64,000 nt of DNA from Poseidonia sp. (lineage in GTDB: Archaea > Thermoplasmatota > Poseidoniia > Poseidoniales > Poseidoniaceae): NCBI GenBank assembly GCA_965661285.1, contig CBFIDD010000001.1, positions 1 to 64,000 on the forward strand, given 5' to 3'. Shown here one piece after another: positions 44,825-54,298 of the stretch (its first letter is position 1; the number at the start of each line of letters is the position of its first letter). The position numbers and the translations under genes were made by a program. Under the pieces are notes generated by a model. The model was not told the origin of the DNA and made no database searches. It was given only the letters and a program-made list of their open reading frames with translations.

Positions 44825-46159
44825 CTACTCGCTTTCGTGAACGACGGTGGTGGCAGAAGGTCCAACATCATCCTCTTTGATTTGCAGCAGGACAATGAAC
44901 ACCAGCGCTTGGAACGCCGCCCCGAACAAGAACAGATTGGGGAAACTTCCCCCAACAACATCGAGGAGTTGTGGTGAAAGCGCATTACCGGTAAACGCAC
45001 CGACGTTGATGAGCGTCATGTAAATCGAGAACTGTGTGCCTGCCACCTCTTTGCTGGTGACCGACATCAAGAACGCCAGAAGGTTGGCGCCAACGATGGC
45101 CCAAACCAGTGTCCAGGCCAGCCAAATCTGCAACATCATGTCGCTGTCGGTCCACTGGCCTCGCAGCATGGACCACACCACCGTCATGACGGTTCCAACG
45201 GCGACCGCCGCCGTCAGTGTCTTTTTCGAACCGAACTTCGAACCCAGGAGGCCACCAACAAGGAAGCCCAGCATCGTCATGAGGAAGACAGGTAGACCTT
45301 TGGCGTCAAGGAAATCTTGCGCCTCCCAGTTCAATTCGTCAACGAAGAGGAATTCCCACTGGAAGTCGATGATGCCCATACCGGTGCCCATGCCACCACC
45401 AATCCACATGATGGTGCACAGCAGCAACGCCATCTTGGCAGCGCTGCCCGAAACTGCCGATTGGAAGGCGGTCTTGATTTCACCAAAGGTCATGATGTCG
45501 CCGTCATCTGCCGAAGTTGCATCAGTGGATGCTTCACTCCAAGGGAACAATTGGTCGCCGGGTCGCTCTCGCACGAACAGCGGGATCATCATGATGGCTG
45601 CCAAGACCACGATCTGGACCTGAAGGGCTGCGTGGAAGCCGGAATCCGTGAGGACGCGACTGAGACCAAGCACAGCAAACATGGCACCGAAGCCCTTGGC
45701 CACGAACATCAGCCCGTTGGCGAGGGGCAATTCCTCATCGCTCAACGTGTCAACCGCCAGCGCGTCCGAACTGACGTCTTGAAGGGCGGCGAAGATGTTG
45801 TGAATCAGGAAGAATAAGCCGAGTGTTTCCAAATCAGAAGCAGGGTCGTCAACCAAAAGGAAGGCTGCCATCGTGAGCATCATTCCCAGTTGCGAGATGA
45901 GCACCCAAGGACGGCGCTGCCCCATGCGAGGGAAACGATAGCGGTCGATGACGGGGCCGAGAACGAGTTTACCAATGATCCATGGAATCATACCTGCGGA
46001 GATGAGTGCGAGTTTCTGGTCATCGTTCATTGAACCATTGTCAACAAGGTACGTGACAAGGACGGTGGCAACAAAAAACCAAGGAACACCCTGGGCGAAG
46101 TACAGCGCACACACCGTACCAAACCGCGTCACCTTGCTCTCTTGCATATTCACTGCCAT
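44825..46159 (-). CDS. AmpG-like MFS transporter
   Basis: LYFAQGVPW, GPVIDRY, GQRRPWV, QDVSSDALAVD, GTQFS. Confidence 0.88.
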   Translation of the reverse strand: MAVNMQESKVTRFGTVCALYFAQGVPWFFVATVLVTYLVDNGSMNDDQKLALISAGMIPWIIGKLVLGPVIDRYRFPRMGQRRPWVLISQLGMMLTMAAFLLVDDPASDLETLGLFFLIHNIFAALQDVSSDALAVDTLSDEELPLANGLMFVAKGFGAMFAVLGLSRVLTDSGFHAALQVQIVVLAAIMMIPLFVRERPGDQLFPWSEASTDATSADDGDIMTFGEIKTAFQSAVSGSAAKMALLLCTIMWIGGGMGTGMGIIDFQWEFLFVDELNWEAQDFLDAKGLPVFLMTMLGFLVGGLLGSKFGSKKTLTAAVAVGTVMTVVWSMLRGQWTDSDMMLQIWLAWTLVWAIVGANLLAFLMSVTSKEVAGTQFSIYMTLINVGAFTGNALSPQLLDVVGGSFPNLFLFGAAFQALVFIVLLQIKEDDVGPSATTVVHESE

Positions 46160-46291
46160 ATTGTCTGGTTTTGGCACCTAAATCTAATACTTATCCCAAT
46201 ATATTGTTTGTTTTTATCCAAAACAGGGAGATTCTCTCGGTCAGCCGTGAACATGGAAAGGTTGAGAGGATGAACCTCTGTCTGCGGTTTG

Positions 46292-46405
46292 ATGCTGACT
46301 CAAGAAGCGCTTCAAGCGTGGTACGGGTCGCATGAAGTCGACCTTGACTGGCTGGATAAACCATCACGGCACCAGTTTCGTTGGCGCTTACCCAACGACC
46401 GGTGG
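46292..46405 (+). pseudogene. Truncated N-terminal gene fragment, possibly primase small subunit (PriS)-like
   Basis: MLTQEALQAWYGSHEVDLDWLDKPSRHQFRWRLPNDRW is protein-like and has an upstream TTGAG box, then runs into off-frame-looking sequence. Confidence 0.4.
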
Positions 46406-46439
46406 GCCGGGCAGCCCCGCAGTCATCGAGATGATCAAC

Positions 46440-46709
46440 ATGGGTTTCTTGCAAAACCTCCTCGCCCGCCTCTTCGGCCAAGCCTCAGCACCTTCGCAAT
46501 CCTACAGTTTTGGACAACCCAACGCAGGCTACAGCGGCGCTCGATTTTCCGGTGGCGGCAGCGACAACCGAGTCATCAACATGGTCGGTGCAACGGGAAA
46601 GAGCGAGGATGAAGTCTGCTCTGCCCTTGCTGCCGAGTATTTTTCTCCTGACGACGTCAACAAACTTTGTGCGTCGCCAACCTTCCGTCAACTGATGGGT
46701 TGGGGCTGA
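46440..46709 (+). CDS. Small hypothetical protein
   Basis: MGFLQNLLARLFG amphipathic start, G/S linker, helical C-terminus. Confidence 0.6.
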   Translation: MGFLQNLLARLFGQASAPSQSYSFGQPNAGYSGARFSGGGSDNRVINMVGATGKSEDEVCSALAAEYFSPDDVNKLCASPTFRQLMGWG

Positions 46710-46730
46710 CGCCTCAGCACAAAGGCTTGA

Positions 46731-47240
46731 TCAATTGGACTTGAGGGCGTAATCGCCGTCCCGCTTGGATTCGAGATGGTCCAGCAGCCAGAACAAGCCT
46801 GCCCAAATCGAATCCTCACCATCTTCGGTTTTCTCAACGTTCATCATCATGAAAATCATGATCACTCGCCGCCATCGGCTGGCGAACATCCGCACGTAAA
46901 CGCCACAGAAATCTTCGACCAAATCAAGGGAGAGATGACCGTTTTTTGCGAGCACACCGATGTTGTTCATGCCGATCATCAAGGCGTTCATCGCATCCTT
47001 TTCTTCTCGCGTGAGCGCTGCGAGTTCTTGTGGCGTCAGGTCGTCATGAAGTTTGACGGTGCTGATGGAAAACCCACGATGAACCAACGGGTTGTTCATG
47101 TGAGCCGCAAGGTCTCGCCCAATTTCATAACGACGGTTTTCGTTCCAGTGCTTCATTTGCCTGAGACTGAACAGAAGGGTGAACAAAATCGCGATACCGC
47201 TGACGGCCTCGCCAACATTCGCCGCAGTCTCAATGTCCAT
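46731..47240 (-). CDS. Hypothetical protein with N-terminal TM (DUF4760-like); paralog of 44242-44787
   Basis: MDIETAANVGEAVSG...NRRYEI...NPLVHRGF...LTREEKDA. Confidence 0.75.
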   Translation of the reverse strand: MDIETAANVGEAVSGIAILFTLLFSLRQMKHWNENRRYEIGRDLAAHMNNPLVHRGFSISTVKLHDDLTPQELAALTREEKDAMNALMIGMNNIGVLAKNGHLSLDLVEDFCGVYVRMFASRWRRVIMIFMMMNVEKTEDGEDSIWAGLFWLLDHLESKRDGDYALKSN

Positions 47241-47334
47241 TGGTCAACGCCACCGTTTCCGTCCTCATGTAGATTATGGCGTCGTCCCGGCGCATCAAAT
47301 CCGGTCAAACCGGAAACACGACCCGAGTTCGGGC

Positions 47335-49092
47335 TCAATCACAACAGGACTTGGCCAGCGCATCTTGAGCGCAGAAGCACGTCTTGGCAGGGATGATGTC
47401 AGCGCGAGCGCTGCGCTCGTTGAACAAGGCGGTGACCTCCGCCAATTCCTCGGGTGCGTCGCCGCGAGCCTCGAGGCAGAGTTTCAGACCGAGCAGTCCC
47501 CACATGTTGTCCTTCCAGAGCTTGATGTCGGCGCGGTAAACTTCCTCAGCTTCCTCGATGTGACCCTGCTCGAACAACAGGGCGCCCAGAATGTGGCGAA
47601 CCGGTTGCATCTGGCCCCACGGTTCGTTGTAGGCGAGGTTGAGCGAGAGGTCAACACCTCGGCGCAATTCGTCAAAGGCTGCGGTGAAGTCGTGATCTTC
47701 GCCGGCTTCCTTGGCGAGGAACTGGCGGCGGTATTCGATTTCAGCCTCCAAAATGGAGGCGTTCACGTTCAAAATCGATGGGCCTTCAGCGGGGTCTTGG
47801 TACATCAGATTGTTGTGAAGCACGCGACCGGCGAGCGCTGGGTTTTGGAGGGCTTCCTTGAACAGCACCTGCTCGGCTTCGGCCTCTGGCACCATGCCCT
47901 TGGAGGCGTAAGCGACACCACGAGCGTAGTGCTGCGTGGCGATGGTTGCGGGGAACACATCCTTATCGGTGTACAACGGTTCGGCAAGGATTTCGTCCCA
48001 CTTTCCAAAGCGGATCATGACGTGCCAGGGCATGGTCACATAGGATTCGAGGAAAATCGCGCCCATCGGGATGATGCCGGCCAGCATAAACTGGACACCG
48101 TGGTCGGCATCCCCTGCTGGCAAGGTGGCAACGGCCTTTCGGGCGTACTTGAGCGCCGTTTGGTATTGACCGTCAAACATCGCACACCACACGACGAAGT
48201 GGTGGTTGTGCATGCGGTAGAACTTGTAGAACTGGGACTCATTTCCGGTCAATTCCACGTAGCGATCGTCAGCCTCAACGGCGGCGATGTTGCACTCGAT
48301 GGCTTCCTTCCACTGACCAACCCATGCGTCAATGTGAGAAGGCATGTGGACAAGGTGGCCCAGTCCCGGCATGCGGGTTCGCAAGACGTCGGCGGCGGGA
48401 AGCGCCTTTTCGGGGAACGGTGACAATTCCAAAGCGTGGCAGTACAGGTGGCAGAGCGCAGGGTGGACCTTGGCTTCTTCACTGCTCTCAAATGCATCCT
48501 CCATGACCTTCACGAGCAAGAGCGTGTTGTCATCGGCAGGCGTGATTTCGCCCGTGGCGGTGTTCTTGTCCCAAAGCTGCCAGGCCTTGAGGTTCATCAG
48601 CGCCTCGACATAAATGGCGGTGACGTCCAAGTTTCCGGCGTACTTTTCGTACAGCGGCGCCATGGCTTCGGCGAAAGCGACGTTCAGTTCGGGGTCGTTG
48701 CCCATGTTGAGGACAGTGGGGTCAGCAGCGTCTCGGGCTTCAGCGGAGTGTCGCTTGGAAAGCGCACGGATGAGGTCCTGCTCAAGTTCAGTGCAGTGGT
48801 CCATCACCTTCAGGGCTTGCTGAATGGGGTCGTGTCCGGACCCAAGTCCGGGAGACCAGTTGTAGTTTGAAGAAACACAGTAGGCAATGCCCCACCAGGC
48901 CATGGCGCAGTTGGGGTCGAGTTCTGTCGTGGCGGTGAAGCATGCGATGGCTTGCTCGTGGTTGTAATTCAACATGTGACCGTAGGCTTCGATGAACATT
49001 TTCCGTGCTTCATCGTTGGCGCATGTTACATTTTGTGCAAATTCGTAATTTGAGGTGTCTCCGTAATCGTAATCCGTTGGTGCAAGCGACAT
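47335..49092 (-). CDS. TPR-repeat protein with conserved His motifs
   Basis: YNHEQAI..F, DPNCAMAWWG, HLYCHALE, GHLVHMPSHI, YNEPWG. Confidence 0.85.
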   Translation of the reverse strand: MSLAPTDYDYGDTSNYEFAQNVTCANDEARKMFIEAYGHMLNYNHEQAIACFTATTELDPNCAMAWWGIAYCVSSNYNWSPGLGSGHDPIQQALKVMDHCTELEQDLIRALSKRHSAEARDAADPTVLNMGNDPELNVAFAEAMAPLYEKYAGNLDVTAIYVEALMNLKAWQLWDKNTATGEITPADDNTLLLVKVMEDAFESSEEAKVHPALCHLYCHALELSPFPEKALPAADVLRTRMPGLGHLVHMPSHIDAWVGQWKEAIECNIAAVEADDRYVELTGNESQFYKFYRMHNHHFVVWCAMFDGQYQTALKYARKAVATLPAGDADHGVQFMLAGIIPMGAIFLESYVTMPWHVMIRFGKWDEILAEPLYTDKDVFPATIATQHYARGVAYASKGMVPEAEAEQVLFKEALQNPALAGRVLHNNLMYQDPAEGPSILNVNASILEAEIEYRRQFLAKEAGEDHDFTAAFDELRRGVDLSLNLAYNEPWGQMQPVRHILGALLFEQGHIEEAEEVYRADIKLWKDNMWGLLGLKLCLEARGDAPEELAEVTALFNERSARADIIPAKTCFCAQDALAKSCCD

Positions 49093-49217
49093 GTTTTATT
49101 CCAAAGAATGATGATACTTAAACCTCAGTCCAATTATCTATTGAATCTACAGTTAGGACCTCAATAAACCGTCACGGTCGGGAGAATCATTAAATCTAAA
49201 GGGGAGGATGTGAGGTT

Positions 49218-49418
49218 ATGGCAAGCACAGGAATCATCGGAATTCTCTTGATGGGGCTGGTTGGTCTGGTTGGCGGTGAACTCACCAACCCGTGGCAAAT
49301 CTGGGAGATTGTTGCCAACATGATCGAAACCGCATTCGGCCTTCTTATTCTCGCCATCTTGGCCCTCATCTATCTGCTGGGACTGATTCCAAATCCGTTC
49401 CCTTGGATTGTGTTTTAA
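49218..49418 (+). CDS. Small hydrophobic membrane protein
   Basis: 66 aa with two TMs; TTAAAT box and GAGG upstream. Confidence 0.65.
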   Translation: MASTGIIGILLMGLVGLVGGELTNPWQIWEIVANMIETAFGLLILAILALIYLLGLIPNPFPWIVF

Positions 49419-49813
49419 CCACGATTGAATGTTGTCGTTGACCATGACGCACAGCGGGACTGCGGTCCACACCAAGGTATTCGTCTTGAGCGAATCCGAA
49501 CCGAACTGGACGACCGTCTTGAAACAGAACTCTTCAACGCCCAACAGACCACGGAGATCAACATCGACCAAACCCATCTCGTTGAGCGAGAACTCCATGA
49601 ACAGGGACAAAAAAAACGGTCCCGATTTGGCGCTCAGCGGCGAACAAGAATGACGAACTGGAGACGACGCATCACGTTGCTGTGAAGACGTGATTCGCAT
49701 TGTTCTGCCAAATCGCCTCCAAGGATAGCCAACCAGAGGCGACCAAGGGGTTCAAACTCCAATCGTGTTATGCGGAGCAGTCCAACGAACAAGGGGTTCG
49801 GACTCGACATGGG

Positions 49814-49889
49814 TGGTGGACGCTGGGGGATTTGAACCCCCGGCCTTCTGGTTGCAAACCAGACGCTCTTCCAACTGAGCTAAGCGCCC
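49814..49889 (-). tRNA. tRNA-Ala(TGC), CCA encoded
   Basis: GGGCGCT/AGCGTCC acceptor stem with G3:U70, anticodon loop TTTGCAA, GGTTCAAATCC T-arm, 3' ACCA. Confidence 0.97.
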
Positions 49890-49947
49890 TTGTAATCCGA
49901 GCGGTGGGCCTCTCCCTTTTGAGCCTTCACCTATGCAGGACAGCGAA

Positions 49948-51249
49948 TCAAACGCAGTCAATGGTGGCATCACGGTCGGGCCCAACGCCCACGCTGGTGC
50001 AGGGCACGCCCACCAAGGTTTCGAGTTTGGCAATGTACTGTTGAGCGGCCGCAGGCAGGACAGCGATGCCTTTGCCCGATTCGTTGGCATGAACCGCCAT
50101 CGCCAACCATTCCGAAAGCGAGAGTTCGGGGAAACCCGGCATGGTGATGTAGACCGGCTTGCAACGGGCCAAGGCAGAAGCGGTGGACGGCATTTCGGTG
50201 ATCTCCCTGCCGTCGAGTTCGTAGGCGACGCAAATTTTGAGTTCATCAAGGCCACCCAACACGTCAAGTTTGGTCAGAGCAAGACCGGTGAACCCGTTGA
50301 TGCGTTGTGCCTGGCGCATGACCACGGCGTCAAACCATCCACAGCGCCGCTTTCTGCCCGTGGTGGTCCCGAATTCCTTGCCGACCGTCCCCATGTGCTC
50401 ACCCGCCTCGTCGTCGAGTTCGGTGGGCATGGCGCCGTGGCCGACCCGGGTGATGTAGGCCTTGGTGATGCCGATGACATCCTCCACGTGTCCGGGATGA
50501 ATGCCGGCACCGTGCGTGGCGTTGCCACGGGAGGTGATGGAGGAGGTGACAAAGGGGAAGGTCCCCTGGTCGATGTCGAGCAGCGTGCCTTGTGCCCCTT
50601 CGAGGATGACGTGTTCGCCGAGTTTCAGGGCGTTATCGAGCATCAGTCCAGTATTCGCAACACTGGCCGCGTAGTTCTCGTGGATCCAAGCGATGTCGCC
50701 AGCCAAACCGTCCACCGACACACGCTCGGAGGAACCGGCTGCTTCCAGCGAAGCGTTCATGCGAGCCACCGTAGCGCTGGTCCAGTCGTCGTCACCCAGC
50801 ACCTCAGCCACATCACCAAAGCGAAGGCCAACGCGGTTGATCTTGTCAGCGTAGGTGGGACCAATGCCGCGACCGGTGGTACCAATTTTGGTGTCAAGGC
50901 TGTCCATGTAGCGGTGGTAGGGCAAAATGATGTGGGCTCGTTCACTGACGTAGAGACGGTCGCTGCGCGGGTCTTCACCGGCCGTGGCCTGCCAGTCGGT
51001 GAGTTCCTTGTGAAGCACCCAGGGGTCGATGACCATCCCGTCACCCAGCACAAGATGGCATTCCTTTCGGGTAATGCCGGAGGGCAAGAGATGGAATTTC
51101 AGAACTTGGTCACCCAAGACGACGGTATGACCAGCGTTGTTTCCGCCTTGGAAACGGGCGACCCATGTGGCCTGTTCGGCCAACCTGTCGACGAGTTTTC
51201 CCTTTCCTTCATCGCCCCACTGAGCGCCAAGAATCACGGTGGCTGGCAT
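49948..51249 (-). CDS. purA: Adenylosuccinate synthetase
   Basis: QWGDEGKGK, GGNNAGHT, EGAQG, GTTTGRKRRCGWFD, TKLD. Confidence 0.97.
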   Translation of the reverse strand: MPATVILGAQWGDEGKGKLVDRLAEQATWVARFQGGNNAGHTVVLGDQVLKFHLLPSGITRKECHLVLGDGMVIDPWVLHKELTDWQATAGEDPRSDRLYVSERAHIILPYHRYMDSLDTKIGTTGRGIGPTYADKINRVGLRFGDVAEVLGDDDWTSATVARMNASLEAAGSSERVSVDGLAGDIAWIHENYAASVANTGLMLDNALKLGEHVILEGAQGTLLDIDQGTFPFVTSSITSRGNATHGAGIHPGHVEDVIGITKAYITRVGHGAMPTELDDEAGEHMGTVGKEFGTTTGRKRRCGWFDAVVMRQAQRINGFTGLALTKLDVLGGLDELKICVAYELDGREITEMPSTASALARCKPVYITMPGFPELSLSEWLAMAVHANESGKGIAVLPAAAQQYIAKLETLVGVPCTSVGVGPDRDATIDCV

Positions 51250-51499
51250 GCTAATCCTCGTTAGGCTGGCACCGCGGGACGCCTTTGAACCCTGTGATGA
51301 CATTTGGTCAAATCCACTCACCAAACCGGAACCTTTTGCGCTGTGGCCGAACGACTGTTTATAACAACATACGTAAAGTTCTCACCGTAGCAGAGGAGAC
51401 ACTCACCGCCGTAAATAGTGTATAGAGAAGAACCTAGTATCTGCAATGAAACCTTTAATTTAAATAACACCACACGCCACTACTAAACAACGAGTTGAG
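51250..51499. promoter_or_regulatory. AT-rich divergent promoter region purA/tfb
   Basis: TTTAATTTAAATA about 35-45 nt upstream of tfb; GGTTCAAA on the minus strand upstream of purA; additional TTTATAA. Confidence 0.55.
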
Positions 51500-52513
51500 A
51501 TGATGGACCAAAAGAACACACCGCAAAAAACCAACACCAGCCCTCGACCGTCGCTCCCCGGGCTCACACCCCACGACCATTCCCGACGCACGCTTGAAGG
51601 CCACACCCGCCCGTGCGAGGATTGCGGCGCGGTGAACTGGGACTTCGACATCTCACGCGGCGAAATCACCTGCGGAGATTGCGGCCTTGTGGCCGAGGAA
51701 AACGTGCCGGACCCGGGAGCTGAATGGACCAACCGGGACAACGGCGAAGATCGTTCCCGTGTGGGCCGACCCATGACCTACACGCTTGCGGACAAGGGGC
51801 TCAACACCACCATTGACGTGCGCGACCTGAACACTGGCATCGCTTCTCGACACGGCATGAGTTCTCAGGCCCGCCGCGACTGGCGCCGCCGCCGGGTCAT
51901 CGATGAACGCTCAAAGACTCGGAAGAGCCGAGAGCGCAATCTGGTGAAAGCGAACCAATTCATCAGGGACCGCTCCGGTCTTCCTGCACCGCTTCAAGAG
52001 GAAGCAGCCCGCCTTTACCGACGATTGTCGGGCGAAGGGTTCGTGACCGGCCGCTCCATCGCCGGTGTCACGGCAGCGTGCACGTACCTCGTCGCTCGCC
52101 AAGAAGGGCTCCCACGACAAATACCGGATATCGCCAATGCGTTTGACATCACGGAGAAGGACCTCTCTCGTTTGATTCGTCAAGTTTCACGACGCCTCAA
52201 CATGCACAAAATCACCTCTCCCGACGAGTACTTTGACAAATTCATGTCCGACCTCGGCCTTGAGCCAGGCATCCGAACGCCGCTTGATGAGTTGTGGGGG
52301 ATGATTCAGCCACACGACGATGTGTGGCAGGGCAAGAAACCGATGGGCGTTGCTGCTGCACTGATCTACAAAGCGGCTGCGAGCGCAGGAACACCCCGCA
52401 CCCAATCCGAGGTCTGTTCGGTGGCGAATGTGTCGGAAGTCACTCTCCGGGGATTGCTGCGTGTTATCGACGGGCTGTTGGACAAAATTCGCCACTACCA
52501 AAGCCTTCAGTGA
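51500..52513 (+). CDS. tfb: Transcription initiation factor IIB
   Basis: Zn ribbon CEDC...CGDCG, GAEW, SRVG, two cyclin repeats, GKKP, VSEVTLR. Confidence 0.93.
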   Translation: MMDQKNTPQKTNTSPRPSLPGLTPHDHSRRTLEGHTRPCEDCGAVNWDFDISRGEITCGDCGLVAEENVPDPGAEWTNRDNGEDRSRVGRPMTYTLADKGLNTTIDVRDLNTGIASRHGMSSQARRDWRRRRVIDERSKTRKSRERNLVKANQFIRDRSGLPAPLQEEAARLYRRLSGEGFVTGRSIAGVTAACTYLVARQEGLPRQIPDIANAFDITEKDLSRLIRQVSRRLNMHKITSPDEYFDKFMSDLGLEPGIRTPLDELWGMIQPHDDVWQGKKPMGVAAALIYKAAASAGTPRTQSEVCSVANVSEVTLRGLLRVIDGLLDKIRHYQSLQ

Positions 52514-52552
52514 TACGGTAACCTTCATGAACGGGTGCTACAAGCGCAAATC

Positions 52553-52828
52553 ATGGGATTCAAAGCAAAGGCGCGCAAGCACAAAAAGGACGCCGGCGAG
52601 GATCAGAAGAAAAGCGCCTCCAAAAAGAAGGAGGGCGAACTGCCCTGCGGTGTTCGAGACTGTGAGAACTTCGCCGACAAGTCGATGGGAGGACGCTCCC
52701 TCTCGGTCGATGACGCCATTGACATGTGGGGTTCAAACGGCTATGAAATGCGCAAGGGTCGGGTCCGGATCTGCAAGTCCTGCTACCGAAAGTGGAAGAA
52801 GGAAAACAAAAACGACGACATGTACTGA
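52553..52828 (+). CDS. Small basic Zn-finger protein
   Basis: Lys-rich N-terminus; CGVRDC...CKSCY. Confidence 0.75.
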   Translation: MGFKAKARKHKKDAGEDQKKSASKKKEGELPCGVRDCENFADKSMGGRSLSVDDAIDMWGSNGYEMRKGRVRICKSCYRKWKKENKNDDMY

Positions 52829-52895
52829 TTTCACTTTCACTTTCCCTTCATGGGTGTGAAAAAGGAAGGTGTACCTCCAGCACGTCATCCGAACC

Positions 52896-53459
52896 ATGAA
52901 TCAACGAACAATTGTTCGAAGTCTTACCACAATCGACGGAACGCTGGTCGCCATGAGCGACGGGGCGGTGTCGTGGAAACCTCGGGGAGGACGTTCGACA
53001 CGGACCCAACTCGAGGGGCTCCCCACCGTCCTGTTGGCCCTGCGAGGACCGATGGGTCCCGTGGATGCTGCGGCCATCGGAACAGCGGATGGAAACGTCG
53101 TGGTCCTGACCCTCCCGCGACTCGAGACCGTGGCAAAATTCGGCCTCAATGCCGGAAGTATTCGCGCCTTAACCTTGGTTGATGAAGGCGACCTTCACTT
53201 CCTCGTCGGAACGCAACACGGTGCCGTGTGGTCGGCATGGGACGGGAGAGCGGAACGCTGCATCCATCAGTTCAGCATTGAAGGGCCGGTTTCAAGCCTC
53301 CACATCGAAGGCGACCGTGTTCATGTGCGAAGTGGCTGGATCCACCATGTTCGGGCGCTTGATGGAAGCATGCACGATGTGGAAAACACCGCTGCCTCCT
53401 ACCGTGTGAAACGCCAGAAGCGCCTCGGTCAAACTTACTTCATGCCCTATCCGGCCTAA
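52896..53459 (+). CDS. Hypothetical beta-propeller (WD40-like) fragment protein
   Basis: Repeated blade-like motifs: AMSDGAV, GTADGNV, GTQHGAV. Confidence 0.65.
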   Translation: MNQRTIVRSLTTIDGTLVAMSDGAVSWKPRGGRSTRTQLEGLPTVLLALRGPMGPVDAAAIGTADGNVVVLTLPRLETVAKFGLNAGSIRALTLVDEGDLHFLVGTQHGAVWSAWDGRAERCIHQFSIEGPVSSLHIEGDRVHVRSGWIHHVRALDGSMHDVENTAASYRVKRQKRLGQTYFMPYPA

Positions 53460-54217
53460 ACGGATTCCTGTTCCTCAAGGGGCCACGGCGTGCGTGGCGT
53501 GAGCCAGACGGCCGTGGGCGCCGGTCGGTCCCAGGACGCAGGCGGCTTGCCTTCGTTCTCGACCGCTTGCTCAAAGAATTCGAGATGTCGATTCAGGACA
53601 TCCTCCACATGTTCCTTCCCCCGAATGGCCGGACCTTGAAGCGGCACAATGGACGAGAGGTTCATCCGTTTGATTTTCGTCATGCTGGTGATGATGTCCT
53701 TCAGAGAACCGCCCGGCAAATCCCAACGAGTGGGCCGGTCGGCTCGTGGAAGCAATGCACCCACCACAAGGGTCGAGAGGTGCGGAAGATGGAACCCCAT
53801 CCCTTCACTCGTATGTCCCGGCAGGTGGACGGGGACCACCTTACCGTCGCCCATGGGAAAAACATCCTCCTCGCAGAGGGGTTCCGTGGAGGTGCGCGGC
53901 ATGTCGGAATCGTAGCGATTGGCCCATGTCGTGAAAAAATCCCCGGTTTCCAATGCGGCTTGACCGTCGCTGTGAATGTGGACGGGAATGTCTCCAAAGG
54001 CCTTCGAAAGATGTGCCGAACCTCCTGAAACAGGAAAACGGCGAGAGGTGAGCAGAATACGGTCCAAGCGAGCATCGTTCAGTTGACCGGTGATGCGTTC
54101 GACTTGGAGGGCTTGGTACCACGACGTCCCCGCATTGATGAGCAAATGGCCCAACGAACCGGAGATGAGCACGACGTTGCCGTCATGATGGATGCCGGGC
54201 AACCTCACGACCTTCAT
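53456..54217 (-). CDS. Metallo-beta-lactamase fold protein with degenerate metal site
   Basis: LINAG, ILLTSRRFPVSGG (HxHxDH position), PGHT, RWDLPGG, PLQG. Confidence 0.8.
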   Translation of the reverse strand: MKVVRLPGIHHDGNVVLISGSLGHLLINAGTSWYQALQVERITGQLNDARLDRILLTSRRFPVSGGSAHLSKAFGDIPVHIHSDGQAALETGDFFTTWANRYDSDMPRTSTEPLCEEDVFPMGDGKVVPVHLPGHTSEGMGFHLPHLSTLVVGALLPRADRPTRWDLPGGSLKDIITSMTKIKRMNLSSIVPLQGPAIRGKEHVEDVLNRHLEFFEQAVENEGKPPASWDRPAPTAVWLTPRTPWPLEEQESV

Positions 54218-54298
54218 GCCGTTGCCATCACTCGGCCCACCTTGAACATACCCAAACCGGGTGGTTGCGGTTAAATAGGGGGATTCGGTCGCCCCACC

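Noticed and set aside
49425-49700. Short ORFs on both strands between the small membrane gene and tRNA-Ala
   Set aside because: There are no recognisable motifs and the frame cannot be chosen; this may be a decayed remnant.
49740-49810. Direct repeat CAAGGGGTTC (about 49744 and 49790) resembling tRNA T-arm fragments or an att site
   Set aside because: It is only 10 bp, lies on the opposite strand to tRNA-Ala, forms no cloverleaf, and no integrase is nearby.
51290-51350. GTGATGA C-box-like motif (possible C/D sRNA) or replication origin in the purA-tfb spacer
   Set aside because: No properly placed CTGA D box, no ORB repeats and no adjacent cdc6 were seen.
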